DNA of 59,648 nt from a virus (lineage: Duplodnaviria; Caudoviricetes). A program made the position numbers and the translations under genes. Positions within the stretch are counted from its first letter, which is position 1, and each line of letters starts with the position of its first letter. Positions 41,897-52,246 of this stretch are shown here, piece by piece. The stretch covers positions 1 to 59,648 of IMG/VR virus record IMGVR_UViG_3300037264_000296. One strand, written 5' to 3'. The notes under the pieces were generated by a model. That model did no database searches and was not told where the DNA came from. It saw nothing but the letters and a program-made list of their open reading frames with translations.

Positions 41897-43260
41897 ACAC
41901 AGGTAATATTCTTTGGACGTTGTAACCCTAAATCATCAGCCATAGAATATGCTGCTGATATAGCTTCACGTTTTATAATTTCAAGATCATATTCAGATAA
42001 ATCAGGTCTTTGAGCAATACCTGTTAAACCAATACCACATAATCTAAAGAATTCGTTATTAAGATGCCATGCTTCTTGTAAGATACCATCTTTTAGATTA
42101 ACAAGAGTTTGTCTATAATTAGCTCTAGCAGCATAGTAAATAGTTTTAAGTAAACCTGATGTATCTCCTATAAATTTTGATAAATCAATTTCTGTTAAGT
42201 TACAAAATCCTTTATTAGGTAAAAGAATTTCCATACATGGATTTCCGGTATTAAACCAAGGTGCTTTAGTTAAAGCGGATTCTCCATTGATAAATCCTGG
42301 TTCACTACCACCAGCTTCTTCCATTAAAGTAAAAATAAATTCTAATTCTTTCTTACTTGGTTTGTTATAAAATACTAATGAATTATTAGATTGGAATCTT
42401 TGAGGATTACCTTCACATCTGTTTTGTTTAGCTACAGCAAATTCTTCCCATTCAGGTTGATCATATTCAAATAATGCAATCTGAGCACTTCTACGACTTG
42501 ATAAGATAGTGCCTAACCAATTCACTATATCAAGAATATCAATGCGTGAGAGTAATTCTCCTGCTTTCTTATTCATAATATTAGCAATAGCAACAAATGC
42601 TTTACTAATAGCTTCATCACCAGAACTAATCCAGCCATATCCTTTAAGTCTACTTCCTGCTGGTCTTAATTCAGAGAAGTCAAATACAAGCTTATCTGCT
42701 GGATATTTACCTGCAAGAATTTTACCTATAGATTTACTCCAAGCTTCTGCACTATCACCTATTTTGATAGTCCAGACACCATTTATAAATGATTCTTCAT
42801 TATTCTCTAAACCACCTTTAGCAGTGCGTTTAGTTCTAATAACTTCAATAGCTTTTATTGGTTTAAAGAATCCATTAAGTGTACCTACTTTTGGTTTAAA
42901 CCCTACTCCACAACCCTGCATGAGTAACCACAATACATCAACCATGTCATATACTGTTTCAACAACAATACCTGAACAGTTGAACATTGATGACTCTCTT
43001 ACTTTAGATAAATCAGTACCACCTAACCATAAAGTTCTACCCGATACAGAACATTTTTTAGCTATCATTAATTCACAGAATTCATCTAATTCTAAAATTT
43101 CTGTAGCAAAAAGTTCTCTACCTAAAGCTCTTTCCCATAACCATATTTGATGTAACCTTACTCTTGAACAAATATCTTCCCAAGATTCATACTGAGTTTC
43201 TTCTTCGTTTAAAGGTCTAGCATAAGTACGTCTTATAACTACATCACTTCTTGTTTTCAA
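41897..43260 (-). CDS. nrdJ: Class II (B12-dependent) ribonucleotide reductase, exon 1
   Basis: RRTYAR, SGRTLWLGG, FNCS, GCGVG, RRSA, NPCMEILL...CNL. Confidence 0.9.
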
Positions 43261-43270
43261 ATTATTTTCC

Positions 43271-44317
43271 TTATACCATTAATGATTTAAAACTAAATAT
43301 ATCTAATACTTTAGGAGTAAGAGTTACTTTAATACCATCTACTTCGTATACAAATATTTCTTTTGCTAATGAAGTTTCTTTTGTAAACATAGAAGGTGTT
43401 AAATACAAATCTAACCAATTTGATTCTTTATCATCTTGAGTTAAATCTTCTTCAATATATTCTACGTTAATTGTTTTATATACATTACCTCGTACAGTTA
43501 AATCCCATCTAATTAATTTATGTACAGAAGATTCCATTGATACATCAAATGTAGTATCTAAAGTATCTGGCTTAATATTAAGCATATCTAATGTATCTAC
43601 TGGTTCAATAGAGTATCTCAAACATTCTTCTACTAAAGCTTTTAACATATCAAAGTTAAAATTAGTACAAATTTTAGATACTAAAATTACTTTATCAGTA
43701 AGATGTTCTGCATTGTCTTTACAGTAATCAATAATAAATGCTTCATCTAAACCAGTGTATTTAATGTTATAAAACACTCTTCCTGGTCTATTAATCATAT
43801 TAACATCTAAAGCATGTTCGTTATTACATGTAATTAGAAATAAAGTATTACTCGTTACATTACCATCTAATAAAGATAGTAATTGTTCTTGATACTCTTT
43901 CTTATATACCTTTTCAAACTCATCAAAGAATATAATTACTGGTTCAGTTATAGAAGCTATGAATTGATTAAATCCTGAACCATAGAAGTTTTCATTAACA
44001 AGTAATACAGGTAAACCACTATTGATACAACATAGTTTAGCTAATTGTGATTTGCCAGAACCTTTCTCACCTACTAATAATACTCCTGTAGATTTAGCTC
44101 TATCTTTAAAAGTATTTAAAATTCTTTCTGCTTTAAAAGAAATATCTCCATACAGTTTTTTAGGTAGAGTAAACATTTCTGTTTTTTCTAAGCTATATTG
44201 ACCAGTCATTTCATTAAATTTAACTATATAGTTTACTGGTTCAAGTTTACTTCTAATATCTAAAGCACCTTCTGGAGCAATAGATACATTATTTCCATTA
44301 TAAATATAATGTGTCAT
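43271..44317 (-). CDS. AAA+ ATPase
   Basis: GEKGSGKS, FFDEFEK, NRPGR; likely start MTHYIY after AAGGA. Confidence 0.85.
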   Translation of the reverse strand: MTHYIYNGNNVSIAPEGALDIRSKLEPVNYIVKFNEMTGQYSLEKTEMFTLPKKLYGDISFKAERILNTFKDRAKSTGVLLVGEKGSGKSQLAKLCCINSGLPVLLVNENFYGSGFNQFIASITEPVIIFFDEFEKVYKKEYQEQLLSLLDGNVTSNTLFLITCNNEHALDVNMINRPGRVFYNIKYTGLDEAFIIDYCKDNAEHLTDKVILVSKICTNFNFDMLKALVEECLRYSIEPVDTLDMLNIKPDTLDTTFDVSMESSVHKLIRWDLTVRGNVYKTINVEYIEEDLTQDDKESNWLDLYLTPSMFTKETSLAKEIFVYEVDGIKVTLTPKVLDIFSFKSLMV

Positions 44318-44327
44318 TATTATTTCC

Positions 44328-45263
44328 TTAATTTTGTTTTGATAAAAACCATTGTTTAGCTTGTTTTGACAATGCTGAACCAACATCTTTAATAGTTAAA
44401 TTAGAAGCTACTAAAGTATCAGATTCTTCTTTAACAATATCGTTATTAATCCATTTTAAAAACAAACCAAGTTCTTTAATAGTAGGTTGGTTTAATTCAT
44501 TCCATGCTTGTTGTAATCTTGATTCTGTTAATACAGTATCTACAAATTCAGCAATAGAATTAACTTTTTCAATATCTACATTTGCTAATACTTTTACTTT
44601 ACTAGATGAATGTTTTTCTCCTTTAACTTTAAAGGATAGCATTTGACCATCTTCAGTAATATGTTCCCATACAATACCTTCACCAATACCTGATACTTCA
44701 AACACCTTAGATACAGGACATTCTTGTTCTACTTCTAAAGTTAATTCTTGTAATTCAGGAACTGACAATTCTGGATGATTAAAATCTACATCAATTTCAT
44801 AATTTTTAATTAAATGTAAATCATATATATTATTATCTGGAAAGTTTAAAAAGAAATTACCTGAAATCCAATAATGAGAATCTTCTCCTGTAATTACTTT
44901 AATACCAAAAATATAAAATGCTCTATCTAGTTTAGATATAGCTACACCTTGTTGAATTCCTTTACCTGCCCATTCACCATAAATAACTACTGGTAAGTCT
45001 AAACCAAGTGAATCATATATCTGTTGGAATATTTCTTTTCTTTCTTTATGGAATGTATAGAAACCATAAGAATCATTACCTTCTGCTAATACTTGATTTC
45101 TTGATTGAGGAATATTTGCAGGTAATTCTACTCCAGCATTAGTTCCATGAAGTTTTACACTACCAGTAAATGTTAAAGTAGGTAACTTAGGTTGGTCTTT
45201 AAATAGAAATTGTACTTCTTTGATACAGTTTCTAAATTGTTCTATTGAATGATATTTATACAC
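44328..45263 (-). CDS. Rnl2-family RNA ligase
   Basis: KLHGTN (motif I), YGEWAG, EGIVW, FKVKG. Confidence 0.85.
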   Translation of the reverse strand: MYKYHSIEQFRNCIKEVQFLFKDQPKLPTLTFTGSVKLHGTNAGVELPANIPQSRNQVLAEGNDSYGFYTFHKERKEIFQQIYDSLGLDLPVVIYGEWAGKGIQQGVAISKLDRAFYIFGIKVITGEDSHYWISGNFFLNFPDNNIYDLHLIKNYEIDVDFNHPELSVPELQELTLEVEQECPVSKVFEVSGIGEGIVWEHITEDGQMLSFKVKGEKHSSSKVKVLANVDIEKVNSIAEFVDTVLTESRLQQAWNELNQPTIKELGLFLKWINNDIVKEESDTLVASNLTIKDVGSALSKQAKQWFLSKQN

Positions 45264-45674
45264 TTAGTTTTCCTTATATTTTATTGTTGTTGAAAGTTCT
45301 ATTAACTCATCAAATTCATAAGATTCATCAGAATTAAATATTGTTTTTACTGTTAAAATTCTTAATTGTTTAGTGTTAGAGTAAGAAATTTGAATAGCTA
45401 TTCGTAATATACCTAATTGAATTAAGTAACATCTTTCAGTATATGTTGATGGTAAAAAGAAATTTACATAAAAATAATCAATTATTTGTGATATAGTAAA
45501 TGTTTCAGATTCTAAGTTTCTTTCAATAACTCTTTCTAAAAAATGATTAGAAAAATGAATTTCATGTTTATCTTTTAGATAATTCCATGAATTAAAAGGA
45601 TTGAATTGTTTTTGAAAATAACTTCTTAATTTTTTCTTTTTAAAAGAAAATACTTCTTTTGAATAATTACTCAT
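45264..45674 (-). CDS. Hypothetical protein, possible RNase-like fold
   Basis: FSNHFLERVIER motif and C-terminal VKTIF; very AT-rich. Confidence 0.4.
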   Translation of the reverse strand: MSNYSKEVFSFKKKKLRSYFQKQFNPFNSWNYLKDKHEIHFSNHFLERVIERNLESETFTISQIIDYFYVNFFLPSTYTERCYLIQLGILRIAIQISYSNTKQLRILTVKTIFNSDESYEFDELIELSTTIKYKEN

Positions 45675-45855
45675 AATAAATTATGTCTCCAAATGTTATT
45701 GAATCAGAATACTCAGATGTTAGTATCCTTTCTTAATTTGTTTATGTTGATAATCTTCTATACGTCTTTTATCTTCAAATTCGTATAATTCAGATTCTGT
45801 TTTCTTTGGTTCAAAGATTTGTTTATTCTCAGGTTTATGCCAGCCTTTAAGCACT

Positions 45856-46197
45856 TTATCTTTCATACCAATACTCCTCTAAAAATTCTATTTGTTCTTC
45901 AGTTAAATCACCTATAAATTCAGTATCAAATGAAGTATGTTTAAATTCATAGTCTTCAATCTCTATAGATGTAGTACAGGTAATTTTAAGTAATGCTCCT
46001 AGAATGCTCTCAAATCCCATACCTGAATCAATAGTCTCATTAGCTAAGGCTTTATTAGCTTCATCAATTAAACCTTCGTATGAGTTATTCTGGAAGGATA
46101 TAGAAGGATATGTACCATAGTTAAATCCCCAATTTCTTCCATAGACTAAACCAGTAGCATTCCATGTTTCTGTTGTTTCAAAACCTTGTAATTTCAT
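45856..46197 (-). CDS. Hypothetical protein
   Basis: ORF track. Confidence 0.55.
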   Translation of the reverse strand: MKLQGFETTETWNATGLVYGRNWGFNYGTYPSISFQNNSYEGLIDEANKALANETIDSGMGFESILGALLKITCTTSIEIEDYEFKHTSFDTEFIGDLTEEQIEFLEEYWYER

Positions 46198-46625
46198 TTC
46201 TGTTTACTCAATCTGTCATATAAAACTACATTTACACATGCACTTAAATTCATGCATATACTTGTAGGCACATAAACTTTATGTTTACATCTTTCTAAAG
46301 TAAGTTTTCCTAATGTAGCATCTTCTGCTCCAAAGAAATAAAAAGCATTCTTAGGATGAATAAAATCAATTAATGATTCTGCATCATCACATAGTTCTAC
46401 AGCTACTGGAACTAAACCATAAGGAATTACATCCCATAAGCTATCACAGAACACTGTAGGAATACGTTTAATTGCCTTTGTAGTATCACAACATGAAGTT
46501 GCTTTACGATTACCTGAGTAAGCAACAAACGATGCACCATAAGCATCTGCTGCTCTTAAAATATGACCTATATTCTGACTGAATTTAGGATTATGTACAC
46601 CTAATGCAAACATGATATTCTCCAA
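46194..46625 (-). CDS. SpoU/TrmH-family (SPOUT) RNA 2'-O-methyltransferase
   Basis: NIGHILRAADAYG, FGAEDATL, VYVPTSICMNLSACVNVVLYDR. Confidence 0.85.
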   Translation of the reverse strand: MENIMFALGVHNPKFSQNIGHILRAADAYGASFVAYSGNRKATSCCDTTKAIKRIPTVFCDSLWDVIPYGLVPVAVELCDDAESLIDFIHPKNAFYFFGAEDATLGKLTLERCKHKVYVPTSICMNLSACVNVVLYDRLSKQK

Positions 46626-46639
46626 TAATTAATATTTAT

Positions 46640-47657
46640 TCACAACAATGAGCGTAGCTCATTTACTTTATTAAATTCACAATTACCACAATTAACTTCT
46701 CTATTTTCTTCAATAGCTTTTGTTATACTCCAGCATAGTAATAATGATTCTAAATGTTGTTCTACTATTTGAAATTCACAGCATTTAGGTATCTTATCTT
46801 GATACTCTTCTTTAGTTAAGTTCATTCACTTTCCTTTAGACATAAAAATACCCTACTGAAAGGGTATTAGTTAAATTACAAATCAACATAACCTAACATT
46901 GCTTGTGCATGAATATAAGCATTCTCTGAATTAGAATGAATACCTTCTTCAATAAGTAAATTAGCTAGTTTAAATTCATTTAATTCTTTAATCGGTTTAG
47001 GAACTTGAAAACCATTAACAGTTATATATTCAGGTTCTTTGTATTTAGTAAATTCAGATGAATTACTTGTATTCAAATTTGAAATAATATTCCTTGAAAA
47101 ATTCCATAAAATACTATCTTTAAATCCAATAATTACTTTGTTATCCCATAAACACTTATTACCTTCATTAGAAGATAACCATTGCCATACTTCTTGTTGT
47201 GAATTGAATGCATCAGATTCTTCTTCAATAATTTCTACCATAATAGACGTATATGCTTGATTAAACCACTCATCTTTAGGAGCTGAATTAGTGTACCAAC
47301 CTTCATATAATCCTTTAGAATTTGTTCTAGCATACCTAATATCAGGTATATCTGCCCTATTTAAATTAAAAGCAGTGATAACTCTTTCTGCTTGATGTGG
47401 TTTAACTTCAAAAGCAATATTAGGTGTTTTTAAAGCTTGTTCAAGTGTTAATTTTTTCATTTTAATCACATTCCAAAGTAGTAATAAGCTAAGTAAATAG
47501 AATCTAACAACCACACTATCATAGTAAGTTTATGCTGTTTTAAACAATCACCAGTGTAATATATTTTAGCTCTAACAAGTTTTACTTGAGAAAGAGTTTC
47601 AGATATACATAAAACAATAAATATAAACCAAGCTAAGTAATGCATAATAATCTCCAA
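46640..47657 (-). CDS. Three hypothetical proteins; terminator-like hairpin at ~46845-46868
   Basis: ORF track; AATACCCT/AGGGTATT stem. Confidence 0.5.
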
Positions 47658-47730
47658 TAAGAAAAGAAAATAAAAGTAATAATAAACATATCACTTTTTT
47701 CACAATACTGTGCGAAGCACAGTATTTTAA

Positions 47731-48162
47731 TTAAAAAGAAACATGAACCAAATAAGTAATACATCTACTATTTGAAACATACAAACCATGAGAAAGATAA
47801 TCATTAAAAGAATAAATCATTCCTACTTGTAAACATTTATCTTTATAGTCTTCACTAAAGTAATTATTTTTATGAATTCTAACGGGAATAATAAAACAAG
47901 TATTAGATAATTTATCTGTATGGTTTAAGATACTTCCTTCACATATTAAGAATCCTAAAGTTAATTTAGATTTTGAAATATGCATAGGTAATCTATTAAA
48001 GATATGTTCTTTTATATCTCGCATGTTTTCATTGTAAAAGAATTGTCTACATAGACCTTCTACTTCAAAATAATAATCTTCTACTTCAGGTTCTATTTGC
48101 TTAAAGAATCTAAGCAACTTAGATATATTAAATTTATGTTTTGGTTTATAAGTTCTTATCAT
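47731..48162 (-). CDS. Possible 2OG-Fe(II) oxygenase / cupin
   Basis: NHTD ... FND..SHGL (HxD...H). Confidence 0.5.
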   Translation of the reverse strand: MIRTYKPKHKFNISKLLRFFKQIEPEVEDYYFEVEGLCRQFFYNENMRDIKEHIFNRLPMHISKSKLTLGFLICEGSILNHTDKLSNTCFIIPVRIHKNNYFSEDYKDKCLQVGMIYSFNDYLSHGLYVSNSRCITYLVHVSF

Positions 48163-48478
48163 AAAAATCTCCCATAGCTTCAATAGAAGGAATTGTAATA
48201 GGACTATCATCAATCCAAATATCTGCTTTAAAACAAGTAGATTTTTGTTTACCTTCAGTAAATACTATTTCAATACCTAATTGTTTAGCATCAGCAATAA
48301 TATCTTCATTATTTAATGATTTATGTCTGTAAGTAACAAATGTTACTTTATATCCTTTGTTAATAGCAGCAAATACAAATAGAGTCCATAATTCTCTATC
48401 TGCTGTAAATGTTTCATCATAATCTAATGCAATAGATAATTGATATTTCTTTGGTTCAAAACTTAATGAGTTATACAT
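48146..48478 (-). CDS. HAD-superfamily phosphatase
   Basis: ALDYDETFT, VTYR, K, IWIDD. Confidence 0.75.
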   Translation of the reverse strand: MYNSLSFEPKKYQLSIALDYDETFTADRELWTLFVFAAINKGYKVTFVTYRHKSLNNEDIIADAKQLGIEIVFTEGKQKSTCFKADIWIDDSPITIPSIEAMGDFYDKNL

Positions 48479-48529
48479 ATCTAATCCTAAAAAATAAAAC
48501 CCCAATAGCATAAGCTAAAGGGGTTAATG

Positions 48530-49570
48530 TTAATTTAATGCATAATTAGCATCACGGATTAGATCGCCTAATCCAAGTTCTTTTTGTTTATAATCATAAT
48601 CAATTCCCATTAAGTCTTTGACTAATTGAGACATGACATTGCCTTCGTAATAATCAGCAGTAATGTTGTTATAGTGTCTTCTCATTTTGTTTACATTAGG
48701 TAATTGACATCCATACGCATCATGTATAGTTAAAATATTAAATCCAGTACCCTCACATCTAATAATCATTTCGTCAGTAAGATCTGCATCTCCTCCTTGA
48801 ACAACATTAGCTACAATCGGTACTGCATAATTAGTTGGTTCACCTCTTGAATCTAATAGATAACTAAAACTACCTTTCAAACCATATATGTTTTGTATCC
48901 TATGAGGATCTCTAAACTTATCTGGTTTAGTTAAACATCTAGCTTTTACTTTACTAAAGAACTTACTCCATTGATATTCACCTGATTCCGTATTCCACAT
49001 GTTTATAAGTTCATCTGGAATGTCTAATAATGCAGGCATATTCTTTTTAATAGCAGCAAAGAATGCTTTTAACTCTGGAGTATTATAACCAAATATTTCT
49101 ATTGGTTTAGCTTTACTTTTATATCCAAGAGTCATTGTTGCAGGTTTAACATGATCCTTTCTATTTAAGTGTCCTGGTTCATTACCTAAAGTAATCCAAT
49201 TCTCTTTAGGCAACATTTCATTCATCGTTGGTATAACATTAGTATATGGATCTTGACATACTCCAGTGTCAATTAAATTACATTGTTCCATAGACTTTCT
49301 ACATCCTTGCATTAAGGACATAACTTGTAAGCCACTAAAAGTTGCATCAAGATAAATAATATGATTAATCATATTACCTCTTTGTACATTCCTAATAGCT
49401 CTTACATCCTTCATAAACATAGGATGATTATCAGCAGCTACTTCATAATCTTCTAACTGAGATAAGTTATCTTCAGTCCAAGTCATTAGTTCTTCGTAAC
49501 TTCCTTTTAAACCCGCATTTTGAGCTGTACTATATAATAACCATTCGTAAGGTGTATATTCTTGAAACAT
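48530..49570 (-). CDS. RNA polymerase II subunit 2 (N4 gp16-like)
   Basis: MFQEYTPYEWL, LDATFSGLQ, KPATMTLGY, ANVVQGGD, TIHDAY, C-terminal YALN. Confidence 0.9.
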   Translation of the reverse strand: MFQEYTPYEWLLYSTAQNAGLKGSYEELMTWTEDNLSQLEDYEVAADNHPMFMKDVRAIRNVQRGNMINHIIYLDATFSGLQVMSLMQGCRKSMEQCNLIDTGVCQDPYTNVIPTMNEMLPKENWITLGNEPGHLNRKDHVKPATMTLGYKSKAKPIEIFGYNTPELKAFFAAIKKNMPALLDIPDELINMWNTESGEYQWSKFFSKVKARCLTKPDKFRDPHRIQNIYGLKGSFSYLLDSRGEPTNYAVPIVANVVQGGDADLTDEMIIRCEGTGFNILTIHDAYGCQLPNVNKMRRHYNNITADYYEGNVMSQLVKDLMGIDYDYKQKELGLGDLIRDANYALN

Positions 49571-49611
49571 AGTAAATCTCCAATTAAGTTAAACATCCTT
49601 GTTGTTAAATC

Positions 49612-49983
49612 CTATTGTATTAAATCCACTAATTCATCAAACTCATTTGCTACAGATTCATACCCTGATGAATGTCCTTTTTCCCAAGCCATAGAGAAAC
49701 ATTTCTCTGCTTTAGGATTGTCAGTTACGTAATATTCCTCTAACAGGTCTTGTTTAAATTGATTGTAACAACGTGATTCTTCTTCGTTGTATTCTTTCTG
49801 CATTTGCTTATACGCAACTTCATTAAATTCTTTTTCAAATACAAGATTAGTATCTTTGTATTTTTTACGAAAGTCTTCTAAAGATAAATAATCAACTTTA
49901 CTACCTTTAGAATACACATATACCCAAGTAAATTCATCTTTACTTAACCAAGGTTTGTTATTTTTGTAATCAGCATAATTCAT
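49612..49983 (-). CDS. Hypothetical protein between the RNAP subunits
   Basis: FKQDLLEEY...AWEKGHSSG. Confidence 0.6.
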   Translation of the reverse strand: MNYADYKNNKPWLSKDEFTWVYVYSKGSKVDYLSLEDFRKKYKDTNLVFEKEFNEVAYKQMQKEYNEEESRCYNQFKQDLLEEYYVTDNPKAEKCFSMAWEKGHSSGYESVANEFDELVDLIQ

Positions 49984-49984
49984 T

Positions 49985-51196
49985 TTAAATCTCCATTAAT
50001 TGAAATGATCTTGTTGTAGGAATTGTATATTCCTTTTTAATGTTTACTAATGAGCGTTTATATTTACAACTCATATAGTTTAAATGATACCCTAATGGAT
50101 ATAACCTTAATCTAGCATCAAATGAATGTGCTAGATAAAAGAGATTACCTCTTTCTATTACATCATGGTAAATATCCCATGATTGTAATTTCTGTTTCTC
50201 AAAGTTCTCCTTTAAATCAATCTTTTGTTTCTCATTAAGTTTGTCATGCTTAGGTTTCCATTCAAATTCTTCGTCATACTCTAAACCAGGAATATCAATA
50301 CATAACTCAATAGAGTTCTGAATATTAAGTACATCCAAAGGAATAGGTAAATCATGTTGATTATGTTTCTTCAATAAACAATGTTGTTTAATTGTATAGA
50401 ATCCACAATCACTATTATTTATTACATGTTTTGGTTTAGTAATGAATGGTGGAATATACATTGTCTTTTGAATAAAGTTCTGTAACTTATCACTAAACTC
50501 AATCATTGATTCAACATGTAATGTTCCATCTCTATGAGTAACTATATTAAACAAGTCACTCTTAGATAATGCAGAGATAATATCTGCTGCTATCTTTACT
50601 TTAGACAACTCAGAATTAAACTTAACTATATTAGTTAAATCTTTAATTACATCTTCAAAGCTTTTTACTTTAACAGAACTAACTAATGCATTAACAACAC
50701 TAGCAAGTTCTTCATCATGCACAACTCTTTCTTTTGTTTGGTTTAAAATAGATTCATAAGTAAGAACCCATTTCTTTTCTTTTTTAAGATAAATCTCACA
50801 AGCTAATACTTGTTTAACAGCATTAACCATATTTGAATCCAAACTAATTAAATTCTTAATTCTACCTACTACAGCTTGAAATGATTGTTTATCAGTATCA
50901 CAACAAGCTAATAGAACTTCAATAATATAATCATCTGGATTAATCTTTTCTTTAAATAAAGATAAGATTCTTGTACAAAACATTTTCTTTTCAGTATATT
51001 TAACCTCTCCTTCTTTATCGAGATAAGAATGACTATCTAATAAATAATCAATTACTAATTGTTTACATTGTTCAATCTTACTAGGAAAGGATAAGACTAA
51101 TTCTTCTCTTACCTTCCAACAAATATTCTTCCTTGAATAAGTATCCTCTTGTAACATTTGTTCAACAACTAACTCTAAAGTATCTAAGTCACTCAT
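49985..51196 (-). CDS. RNA polymerase II subunit 1 (N4 gp15-like)
   Basis: MYIPPFITKP, NNSDCGF, LDVLNIQN, FYLAHSFDARLRLYPLGYHLN. Confidence 0.85.
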   Translation of the reverse strand: MSDLDTLELVVEQMLQEDTYSRKNICWKVREELVLSFPSKIEQCKQLVIDYLLDSHSYLDKEGEVKYTEKKMFCTRILSLFKEKINPDDYIIEVLLACCDTDKQSFQAVVGRIKNLISLDSNMVNAVKQVLACEIYLKKEKKWVLTYESILNQTKERVVHDEELASVVNALVSSVKVKSFEDVIKDLTNIVKFNSELSKVKIAADIISALSKSDLFNIVTHRDGTLHVESMIEFSDKLQNFIQKTMYIPPFITKPKHVINNSDCGFYTIKQHCLLKKHNQHDLPIPLDVLNIQNSIELCIDIPGLEYDEEFEWKPKHDKLNEKQKIDLKENFEKQKLQSWDIYHDVIERGNLFYLAHSFDARLRLYPLGYHLNYMSCKYKRSLVNIKKEYTIPTTRSFQLMEI

Positions 51197-51261
51197 AAAC
51201 TATCTCCAATTGATTGTAAGAAAGTGTGCGTGAGCACACTCTCTATTACTGTTAAATACTA

Positions 51262-51763
51262 CTAATTAATTGTTTTAATTCCTTCAAAATAAGGAGTCAT
51301 ACCCGATTTACAATATACAATTGTAATAGTTGGTTTAACCTTAAGATGTCTATGTAAGATTTTTAATGCTTCACTTCTTAAAAAAGCTCTTACATAATAA
51401 ACTTTACCTGTTAAGGTTCTAAATCCAAATGTAAATATAGTTAAACTATTCATTTTAAATACCTATTTGTTCTTGGTTTAATTCATTTAAGATAGCAATT
51501 CTATTACCATCAGTTTCATTCCATTTCATAATCTTATTAGTTGTTAAACTAATAATTAATCCTTTAGCAGTAGTTAAGTAATTAGAATCTCTATAAGAGA
51601 CTATCTTAGCTGGTTCATGGTTTAATACTTCAACACTCTTAATTCCTACTTGAAGAGTATTAGCTGTAGGTGAAACAATCATTAGTTTAGTATCATTAAT
51701 AGCACTAACAATGTATGTTTTATTTTTATAGGATACATACGACCCTAGTTGAATTTGTGACAT
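51262..51763 (-). CDS. Two early hypothetical proteins
   Basis: ORF track; TTGGAGA RBS before 51763. Confidence 0.55.
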
Positions 51764-51806
51764 GGTTTATTCTCCAATTTAGTTAAGCCATCCTTGGCAT
51801 TGATTC

Positions 51807-52208
51807 CTAATAAGTTGATAATTCAATTTCTCTTGCTTGGTTTAAGATATGAATATCTTCTTCAGCTTCATCCAATTGTTGTTCAATGTAAGCTTTAATC
51901 GTTTCAGTATGACATTTTTTCTTTACTGCATCTTTAGGTGATTGACAGAAACAAGCTAATTCAATGTCTTGAATTTTAGCTATTTCAACTAACTCATTAA
52001 GTTTACTAATAAGTACTGGATTATTACATTCCAGTTGAAAATCAAAATAGATTTGATACTTGTCACATACTTCATCTCTATTACTGTGATCTACATTAGC
52101 TGCAAATGGATTACCTAATAATCCTTCTTGACCTTTACCTGCTCTTCCACAGTAGCAACGATATGTATTTTCTTTTTGTTTATCACTTACTCTTACGATG
52201 GTTATCAT
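51807..52208 (-). CDS. DUF4326-family protein
   Basis: YCGR...LGNPF...RDEVCDKY...LACFC...CHTETIK. Confidence 0.8.
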   Translation of the reverse strand: MITIVRVSDKQKENTYRCYCGRAGKGQEGLLGNPFAANVDHSNRDEVCDKYQIYFDFQLECNNPVLISKLNELVEIAKIQDIELACFCQSPKDAVKKKCHTETIKAYIEQQLDEAEEDIHILNQAREIELSTY

Positions 52209-52246
52209 TACTATCTCCAATGAAAGACATCCTTGTCTGTGAATTC

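Noticed and set aside
42509-43150. 213-aa + strand ORF
   Set aside because: Antisense shadow of nrdJ; no RBS or motif
41890-43260. nrdJ as a truncated pseudogene
   Set aside because: Intron removal restores a complete frame with the C-terminal Cys pair
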